Positions 26,201 through 35,300 of a stretch of DNA of 37,771 nt are shown in pieces. Both the position numbers and the translations under genes were made by a program. Every line of letters starts with the position of its first letter. Positions within the stretch are counted from its first letter, which is position 1. The stretch comes from Catajapyx aquilonaris. Taxonomy: Eukaryota. The stretch lies in NCBI GenBank assembly GCA_000934665.2, contig JYFJ02003772.1, positions 1 to 37,771 on the forward strand. Direction: 5' to 3'. The notes under the pieces were generated by a model that saw nothing but the letters and a program-made list of their open reading frames with translations, did not search any database and had not been told where the DNA came from.

Positions 26201-29200
26201 GAATATTATTTAATAATCTTCCTACAAAATTGTAAACTTTGCTGCCCCCTCGTAAATCCAAGTGGCACTAAAGGCAGTGTGCCAAAATGGCGGGTAATTT
26301 GAAACTTGAATTTGTATAGTTTTGTAAACAGCACGAGCGTAGTTTTATCGCCACATCCTCTTCATATTTTTTTTCTGAGTGGTCCAAAACGTTCTGTGGC
26401 TTGTCATGTAGGCGGAATTCTGTCGGCTAAAAGCGTCCCCTCATCCGGCGTGTGTGATAATCTCTTGGCCAGATCTATCCCGTATAGAAAAAGCTGGACT
26501 GAGTGTTTCCAAACTCCGCCAATTCTGTTGTTGGCAAAATGTAAGGCGAACACTCACTTCATGCTGACGAGTTAGTTAGGTCCTGATGGGGAGGCCTCTT
26601 CCAAACGCAGGAATTTCATTAATGAACCAATGGGATTCGAACCGTTCCAAAATCGGGCAATGGAAAGTGATGGAGGCTAATTCCATTTTGATCATTCGAA
26701 CGTGAAGCGGACTGGTTGTTTCAGGTATGGTCCTCTTGTTGTCAAGTGTGGGCGTCATTGTTGCCAGGCCTTTTGATGTGGCCGGGCGATAATTTTCGCT
26801 CATATAGAGAAATTCAGTGCGAATTAGTGTGCTTTCGCGGCAGGGTTAGTCTCAAGGTCATGGCGAATAGCTTCTAGCGTACGGTATGTAGATAATTGTC
26901 ACAAATTACGGATTTTTAAAATATGAAGTCATGGTTTTTGTCATTATGAAGTCACAATAACCATGAAATTTTAATGAATTGGTAGTTGCATACTATGACA
27001 ACAATAATGACGTCATTAGCAATTATTATAACGAATCTGAATTTATTTTTAATAATATGACGCCAAGTGAACGTGCAGACACAATGTACGGAAAAAAGTA
27101 GGCCTACATATTATTCTACGAAAATTGTATTTATTTCAACGCGCCATTTTCCACATAAAAATAGTTTCTTGCTAAATGCTGCAAAAGCGTGGTCGAAAAT
27201 CTAAATTTAATACTCAAAAAATCACATGGCGTCCGGAATCCTTGCGCAGAAGTCTGTACAGTATACCGGTGTTCTATGCAAGAAATATTTATCGCTGTTT
27301 ACCTATCGCGTTACCTAACGTGAAATTTACAGCTGTTATTTCGAACTAGGTGCAACTATTAAGGCGTCCGCTCTTTAGGTTTTTTGATTAATATTATAGG
27401 CAGGAAAGTGAGAAGCACTTTATTAATAGACGTGGATACACACTACTAATTTATAGAACGATTCAGAGTAGATGTAGACTTTTAGAGCTTTTAACTTAGT
27501 TTAGAGGCGACTTAAATGATGGCAATAGAAAGAGATATTCAGAGCAGGATGTTACAGTGAGGTTATATAAACTTACAATAATTGAGCATTATATAGCAAT
27601 GTAATTTTATGCAGCATTTTACGTACATTTTGTAGCATGACTACCGCTTTGATTAAATTCTTTCCTAACATTAGTAAAATTATCAATACTTTGCAATGTT
27701 GCATGCAATGACTGACAGTTATAAGTCATTATCAGTCAGCAGCATTTGTACAAGTATAACAATTACATAATTTTAGTATATTACTCCAAAAGAATAAAAT
27801 TTTAAAAATACAAAATGCACTATAATATTGCACTATTAAATTATGCTTATCAAAAACTGCTCTTCCGAAATATATGAATATTATAAATATTAATGAATTT
27901 TATTAATAGCCTATCTGAAATAACTCATAGTGTACCATTTTGTGCAATATGAATGCTTTTTGCATGATAATCCACTGCAAGTTCATATAATCTGTTATTG
28001 CTTATTCACAATGTGTACGACTAAGAAAACCAGTAATGTAATGCTCTTAAAAGTAACTTCTTGAACCATTAAGATTTATGACAGGCTCTTTCACATCAAG
28101 TGGATTAAAAAAAACACGAGAGTCACGATGTTAGGAAAGGTCAAGTCTCGTCCTTCGCAAACACAAAAAAATCCATCCTGCATTTTAATGCCACTTGCAT
28201 GTAAATCAGCTTCAAAATTAGTTATGCATAATTGACATCCAGTCAGAAAAAAAAACTTTTTTTATTCCGCCTCTAAGACGTGACCCAGAAGTGACAAAAA
28301 TGGTTACTCATCCAAGGTGACTTTCTCATCTCATTATAACACCAAGTTTCAAATGACAATACTTCAAGCCCCGTTACATCATCATTAATCCACTGCTAAA
28401 CGCTCTTTTTTTATATCCTCCGGATGCAGACTCAATGAGCGTAAAGCAGATAGCAACGTTCAGTGTTGTATCGATCATCACTGGGTGTTAAAACACTCAA
28501 TTTCAACCAACTTCAAACACCTTCATGGGAAAAGGTCAGCGTTACGTAATCATAAACTCAGGAGCTATCCGTGACGTATGAAGGATAATGGCCTCTCCTT
28601 GGAACCCGCCTTGATTCGTTTAAAGAGGTGTTAACTAAATTCCACTCCGGATCGTTAAATTTACAATCAGAAGGGAGTAGCCCTGAGCAGATAATTCGGG
28701 GTTGCGAAAATTTTGGCAGCGGTTCCCGTGTGTTTTCTCTGCCGTGACCACAGCCACGGGGTCCACAAATTACATGGTTTGCTCTTTAAACCTGTCGAGA
28801 AGAACGTAATTCATCCTATCCTTTAAAAGGTCCCATGAGAGACGAGATACAAGGGCTTCAATTTCAAGAAAGAAAAAATGGAAGTGAAATATACCGCTTG
28901 AACTTTTTGGACTCAAAACTTGCTCACCCGGCAATAAGTCAAGTTTTCTAACAAACAAGAAAAAAGGTTGAGCAAATACAAGAGTTCATATTGGTTTCTA
29001 GATGAAGAATCTCAAGAGATATGATTTTATGATCGTGTGATTGCGCCTGGGTTCTCAGATTGAATTAGTGTTTTGTTCGGTTCGCTAGAGGGAAGCACGT
29101 GCCGGCCCACGTGGCGGGATCAGGCGATAAAAATATAACTACGTCGAATTTATTTATTTATTTATAGCCTGATGGCAGCATATAGGGCGTTAGAGGGAAA

Positions 29201-30792
29201 TATTTATTTACGTATTTATGTACTTATTAATTTTGGCAAGGACGTCATTCAGTGCAAACCTCGTTGCTTTCCTATGATTAACTCATTGCAATTCCCAACC
29301 GGTTTACCCAGAATGACAGGCGTGCAATGCAGTGAGTGACATCTAATTCAGACCGAAACTCTGCTAATGTACGGACTGTCCAAACATCGCTCTGTTGCAG
29401 TCCTAATATCGAAAATGGCACCGCCCGAACTGGGCCAATGCCCAAAATTTTGGGCCATTAGCAGGATCTCCCCCCCCCCCCCCCCATCTCCCACAAACGC
29501 CTTNCGCCTTTTCTTGGCAGCGAATCTTGCTCTAGCTCTCAATGACATCCTACACACATGCCGAAAAACCAAAACGTCGACTTCTATAAATACACCTTGA
29601 ATTTATGGTTTGTTGTTGGGAAGGAAGAACCGAAGGTATAAATCGCATCGAACCTCGCAAGGGCGTGGTCCAGATACAGATAAGAGGAAAATGTGGGACA
29701 AGGTGAATCAGAACCGCAACGGTGCTGATTCATCCTGTAGATGCAAATGAGTTTATGGTACAATCTTGACGTTTTTCTTTCCACAGTGGCTGTGGTGGTC
29801 GCATTCTTCATCTGCTGGGCTCCTTTCCACGCCCAGAGACTGTTGGCCATCTACGGCATCAGCAATGTCAAGAAAAACAACCGACTGTTTGTCACCATCT
29901 ATGAGATCCTGACCTACGTCTCTGGCATCCTCTACTACGTGTCTACGACCATCAACCCCATCCTATACCACATCATGTCTCACAAGTTCAGAGAAGCGTT
30001 CAAGGTGAGTGAGTCGTTAGCCGGAGTTGACATTGTGTGAAAGAGTGTCAAACTTTTAAGGATAATTTATTAAGAAAGTTTTGATGCTTGTTATTTCTAA
30101 TGACCTTCCAAGAGATGCGACTGTAGAAGGGTTGATGTCACGATCTTCTCACCTAGAGCAAAGTGTATATAAAATGTTCGTATTTTCAGGACACAATGGC
30201 CCGTCTGTTCGGCTGGCCCAAATCTCACCAGAGACGCTCCTATTCCGTCCTGTCCCGGTCTATGCGGATTCAAATGCACCACCAGCCATTGCAAGACGGC
30301 AGCGACTCATCCAACCAACAACAACAACAACAGCAACAACGTGACGGGCTTCTTCTTACCACAAGGGCCGGGAACTTCAACGATCATGACCGGCGAGAAG
30401 AGGTCATATCAATCCCTACAGCCCCGCAGGTCATCACCAACGGCAAAAAGGTCGGAATTCAGTCCAGGCTGTTTGTTCCTCGAAAGACAGGGGACAACAA
30501 GGCCGCCAAGAGACGAACATCCCGTAAGAAGAAGAAGAAGGGACAACTGAGCATCCTCCGGAAGCTAAGGGCCTCCAGAACGAGCAAGTCCGATCCAGAA
30601 GGTGCAGAAGAGTACTCTCCGCCATGTTCGGCCACAACTCGCAGTCCGGTATGCAGACTTCAGAGCATGGACAGCACTCGAAGTAACAATACCATCAGCA
30701 ACAGTAGTCTTCAGGATCTGGACGAGACGGAATTCAACAGTGAGGAACTGGCTCACTACATGGGAGAGCTGAACGAACGACACTCAAAATAA
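22375..30792 (+). CDS. Pyrokinin/PBAN-family neuropeptide receptor (class A GPCR, neuromedin U receptor-like), spliced CDS join(22375..23218,29787..30004,30190..30792), 554 aa
   Basis: 7TM motifs GN (TM1), MHTATNYYLFSLAISDLL (TM2), ERYVAICHP (TM3), HTMSKLSRA, FFICWAPFHAQRL (TM6), INPILY (TM7), SHKFREAFK (helix 8). Both introns are GT-AG with compatible phases (1, 0); 1665 nt total. C-tail YSVL and ISNSSL...EELAHYM resemble PBANR/PK2R; PK1R vs PK2R orthology needs phylogeny. Confidence 0.93.
24329..24381. repeat. Perfect 24-bp inverted repeat with 5-nt loop (probable collapsed TTAA-type MITE)
   Basis: AATGTGGCGTAGTTTGTATATAGA-ctcat-TCTATATACAAACTACGCCACATT, with TTAA on both flanks (24323-24326, 24383-24386). 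Confidence 0.9.
25021..25664. mobile_element. Non-autonomous hAT element, 644 bp
   Basis: Perfect 21-bp TIR TAGAGAACGGATTTCTAGGTT; exact 8-bp TSD CTTATTAT (25013-25020, 25665-25672); repeated AATAGG subterminal motifs. Confidence 0.93.
25684..25981. mobile_element. Tc1/mariner-type MITE, 298 bp
   Basis: TA on both flanks; ~105-bp imperfect TIRs starting CA(G/T)GGTGTTTCAACTTTTTTG. Confidence 0.93.
29149..29198 (-). mobile_element. Possible 5'-truncated retroposon 3' tail
   Basis: Minus strand reads CCCTCTAACG...GGCTATAAATAAATAAATAAA, similar in layout to the tail of the SINE at 19741. Confidence 0.3.
29787..30004 (+). CDS. Pyrokinin/PBAN receptor coding exon 2 (TM6-TM7, helix 8)
   Basis: Acceptor TTTTCTTTCCACAG ending 29786 restores KMLVAVVVAFFICWAPFHAQRLL; ends FREAFK|GTGAGT (phase 0). 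Confidence 0.95.
30190..30792 (+). CDS. Pyrokinin/PBAN receptor coding exon 3 (long cytoplasmic C-tail)
   Basis: Acceptor TATTTTCAG ending 30189, in frame with ORF 30163..30792; contains YSVL, Q8, KRRTSRKKKKK and ISNSSLQDLDETEFNSEELAHYMGELN; TAA 30790-30792. Confidence 0.85.
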   Translation, partial: DTMARLFGWPKSHQRRSYSVLSRSMRIQMHHQPLQDGSDSSNQQQQQQQQRDGLLLTTRAGNFNDHDRREEVISIPTAPQVITNGKKVGIQSRLFVPRKTGDNKAAKRRTSRKKKKKGQLSILRKLRASRTSKSDPEGAEEYSPPCSATTRSPVCRLQSMDSTRSNNTISNSSLQDLDETEFNSEELAHYMGELNERHSK

Positions 30793-31732
30793 GAATAGGC
30801 CTGGACACTGGCCACAGGTTGACTATACTCATGACACATTCCTCTATCTGTTCGGTGCGCAAAGAAAATGTAACAAAATATTTTTTCGGTGAAATTCTGT
30901 CACGTTTTGGGAAGATATTTCCTACGCGACGAAGTGGAGGGAGGCGCGGGGAAATTCAGATGTGGAAAAGCCACAATAACGTTCGTTGGCATTCAGCATT
31001 CTTCGTCGCGTAGTAAAGATCAGCCACATTTTGTTAGTAACGCAGGTTCTGAGGGGTTTGAATCAAAAGCCAAGCTAATTCTGCAACTCAAATTAAGGAG
31101 GAAATCTCCAATATATTGGATTCTGTATCATCTAAACTTTTGATTGAACCTCTCTCATGTCACATTGCCCAGTTTTGTACAGTTCGCGTATTAATTGCGT
31201 GTGAATATGTTCACATATGTCATCGTCCAGTAGTGAATATGTGCCTTAATGTTTTATTCCCCTCCACATCCACATACGGCATCGATATAGTGGGCTTGCC
31301 GTCGTTTGAGTGTAACCAAATATTTTGGAACATGTGCCAGTTTTTTTTCCCCCCCGGCGAGCAATTTTACCTACGGATAATATATTCATGTCCTTTCTCT
31401 ACCAGATGGTACCTGTAATCTCACTGCGATTTGCATATAAGTGCTATGTGCGGATGTGCGCCACTTGTGTTTTCATTATTTTGACACGCAAAAAAAAGTG
31501 CGAGTGTAATCACACGTGCCAATTTGTAAAAAAAAAAATCCACGTCCCAAAATACCTGCCTCATCTAGTCACACATTAAGACTTGAGTAAGACCTGGCGC
31601 AACTAAAACCGGATCAAATAGTTAACAACATACTAGACACATTTGTTTGTGGACACGAGTCAGTCATTCCAAATGAGATTAAGTGTTAGTGAAGTTTCCT
31701 TTCTAATCAACATGTCTGTACATAATTTTAAG

Positions 31733-31738
31733 AATAAA
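31733..31738 (+). terminator. Putative polyadenylation signal of the GPCR transcript
   Basis: AATAAA about 940 nt after the stop, preceded by TGTA (31717-31720) and followed by a GT-rich tract (TTGTTATGTATTGGTTGGT). Confidence 0.5.
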
Positions 31739-31898
31739 TTTCCTTGTTATGTATTGGTTGGTATCGTTTTATTGATAGTGAGTGCTTTTACGTCATGCTC
31801 ATTGAGTACATTATTGTTCAAAGGCTGTCATCTTAACGTGCGGCGCTTCTTTATTGCAATGCATCAACCTCGTAGCTACCGTGTAATCTTATCCGTTT

Positions 31899-32211
31899 AG
31901 ATAAAACATTACCGGATCAATGACGTTATACCTTCAGGGAACTCTATTCAGTGGATTTAGGGTGAATCCTAATTATACAAGAATATATCCGTTCAAATAT
32001 CAGACATAATGCCTCAAGCTGTTAACATCAAAAGGTTCGTATAATCTATCAACACAATGTGAATAATTAGTAGGATATGAAGTATTTTTATATCAAATAT
32101 CTGCCGCACTATGGTCATCTTATCAGAGTGTATCTCTGACCAATAGGAGAAAGCAAGGTGAACAGGATGACACTGATTGCAAATTTTCCTGGTGAGTCAA
32201 GAGCTTCAGTT
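31899..32211 (+). promoter_or_regulatory. Candidate cadherin promoter: GATA sites, AP-1 site, initiator
   Basis: WGATAR matches at 31899-31904, ~32046-32051 (minus) and ~32120-32125 (minus); TGAGTCA 32193-32199; Inr-like TCAGTT 32206-32211, ~70 nt before the ATG. Confidence 0.35.
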
Positions 32212-32281
32212 GCGTTCTAAATGGTTGACGCGTTTTGATGGTGACACAAAGAGAGATAGTTTCTCTTCAGTGACGGAATCC

Positions 32282-32366
32282 ATGGCCGCAACAATGGCTG
32301 GAGGAAGTCGGTTTGTGTTGGCGTGTTGCTGCCTCGTTGTTGTGATCGGATGTGAGGCCGAACCAT
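32282..32366 (+). CDS. Cadherin exon 1 (signal peptide)
   Basis: MAATMAGGSRFVLACCCLVVVIGCEAEP with hydrophobic core; GTAAGT donor at 32367; the second ATG (32294) is an alternative start. Confidence 0.8.
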
Positions 32367-35300
32367 GTAAGTAGAGGAAGTGTTGAATACCATAGTGTTG
32401 GCAGGCCGTGGCTAATTTACTGTGGTTTCAGTTCAATGGGGTAACCCGCTGATTCTAGAAGATCCTGAAGCTGCGAAGAAAGGGGTCACGATAAGCAAGG
32501 ATGGTTTAACAATCACAATCCCAGAAGACCTGGATATAGAGATTGTGGCAAAGTTAAATTTCACTGGTCAGACTCGCTTTTTTAAAAACCTGAGGTTGAC
32601 AGTGATTTTCATCTGGTTTGATGTTTCTTCTCATATTCGCACAATTTACAGGCGATATTCCAACTGTTACGGGCATCTCTGGAATAGATCATGGTGGACC
32701 GCTCCCCAAAGAGACTTTATGGGTTCTAAAGAACGACAGCTTGGCATGCAAACCTCTCGACTACGAATACCAAGCAGATAAGACTTTTGCAGTCAGCTTC
32801 AATCCTCATATTGACTTCTTTGGGCTGGATATCAAAGACATCAACGACAACCCGCCGCAGTGGGTGTCATCCGAGAATAACCTCAAAATTAACGAAAACC
32901 AAGTGAGTCGAGTCCAATATTAAAACACAGCAGATTATTTTACATATCACCACATTTTCCTGCAGAAAATTATTAAGTGGGTACAGTACATAGCGACTGA
33001 CGTTGACACCATGGACAAGCAGCTGACGCACAGCCTTACATTTAAAGTAAGTGGAAATTGTCCCCGATGGAGGAGAGGGACAAAGCATTTGAACATATCC
33101 ATTGATGACGTTCGCCAAAATTAATGTATTGGTATTTTCAGGAGGAAGACAGCGAGATGGACTGCTTTCATCTGGACAACTCCACTGGATGGTTAAGTGT
33201 TGTGAAACCTCTGGATTTCGAAACGTCGCAGTTTCACCTCCTGCACATAACTGTATTTGTGAGTTGAATGGAGCATGTGACAGTCTGTTAATAGTTATGG
33301 TTGTTACAACTATCTATTCATTTTTCAGGACTCTCAAGAATTGCATAACATCTCAGTGGACGTGTCCGTGTCGGTGCAAGACGAGCCAGACATGCCTCCG
33401 ACGTGGAAACACATCGAGCCTGCAGTGATGGTTGCTGAGAATACACCGGTGGTAAGTAATCTTACAGACTTACAGGTTAAAGTGCGTGTGCAGTACATAC
33501 GAGCTACATAGAGAGCGAGTAATCGTTGGGAACACTCGATTACTGAGGCTGCGCTATATTCTAATAATGAAAGGAAGACCCCACCATGTGAATCTTACAA
33601 TAAATTCTTAGTGAATAGTAGCATTACTCAATTACTACTGAATTAAATAATAAGCAAAAGGCGTAATATTTTTGCTTAACATTCACTATACATTCACACG
33701 CAGGATCCAGGTCCTACATCCTTTTTTTGATAAGCAACATTCTACAGAATGATATATTCCATTGTAATGACAGGGTACTGAAGTGGCAACTATACAAGCA
33801 GTGCGAGGCGACGTGGAATTAGACTATGGCATCGGCTACATCATAAGTGCAGGTTTGATAAACAATGATCACTTATTTACGAATCACAAAAGGTGCAACT
33901 CCTATCAGACTTTCTGTACTTTCAGGAAACGAGGAGGGTTATTTCAACCTGAGCAGTACTCCTACAGAGGGAGTGATCACCGTGGCAAAGGACATTGATG
34001 CTGACACCATGAGTTCGCCCACCATCACCTTGACTCTGGTGGCCTATGCTGAGATAGAGGCTCCTATTCAGAATATAAGCATTACTTATTCAATTACTAT
34101 ACTAAATATTGACGACAACTCTCCTGTGTTCCTGCCTAACCACACTACGGAGGAGACTTTTGCATCCACCATACCAGAGAAGTTCTCGTCTGCGATTCCA
34201 TTCAACAAGACCATCACTGTGTGGGATCCAGACACAGTGAGTATCAACCGTGCAGTACTTTTCTCTCTCCAAATGTCTTATGTACCTATCACGTTTACAC
34301 CCAGGGAATCAACGGTACTTTTCAAGCTAGCTTAAATAAAACCAACCTTGACGGTCCAGATTACACAGCAGCGTTTCAAATCAGTCCCCCAACCGGATTC
34401 AACACTGCCACATTCTCTCTCAATGTGATCAATAGCTCCCTGCTCGATTACGAAGATGAAGAGTGGCGACACATCACTTTCAGAGTTAGTGGGCCATCAT
34501 TCCAGTTGCACTGAGCAGAGTATATAGCATATGCCATTTTCATTTGCAGATGGTTTTCGTAGAAGAGGGAAGCAGTAGCCATACAGCCGAAGCTGAAGTG
34601 ACCATTGACCTGACGGACATCAACGACAACCCCCCTGAATTCTTGGGCTGTGATAAATCAGGATATCACACGAAGGTGAACGAGAGCATCACCAAAGGCA
34701 CAGAGGTCTTCCAGGTCTTTGCTATGGACAGAGACTCAACCCAAAAATTCGGAAATAGCAGCATCAGGTGACAGCTGTTGCTTTATTGGTATTCCTGTGT
34801 TTGTGCTACGATCACGTGCACGATCTCTCTCCATTTACCAAAGTTATACTCTTCGCATTTTTACCCGACTTCCTCGAAAATCGAGGTTATCAAGGGCCTT
34901 CCAAATTACCTCGAATTAAAATTTAAAATCCAAAACAAGTGTTGGAGCCCCGTTATTTAGCGCTGAAAAATGTATTGCAAGGGTAAACCGCTGGATTAAT
35001 AATTCATGGAGTTCTAAAGGTATTCGAAATTAACATATTAAAGGGGTATTTGAAAGAGAAATTTTTAAATATTCTTGTAAATATTTTCGGCTTAAGATGG
35101 CAGTGTGCATCACACTACAGTTATAGCAAGCTCTGGCCTGATTGATCATATGACTTTCATGAATATAGGCTACTATTAACAGAACATCAATTTGTTAAAA
35201 CATTACTCAAGTAACAAATATGATTAGTGCTTTTATTAAGCAGATTCGCCATGATTGAATAACATCCTAGCATGTAACGTCAATTTTTTTGCAGATTCTC

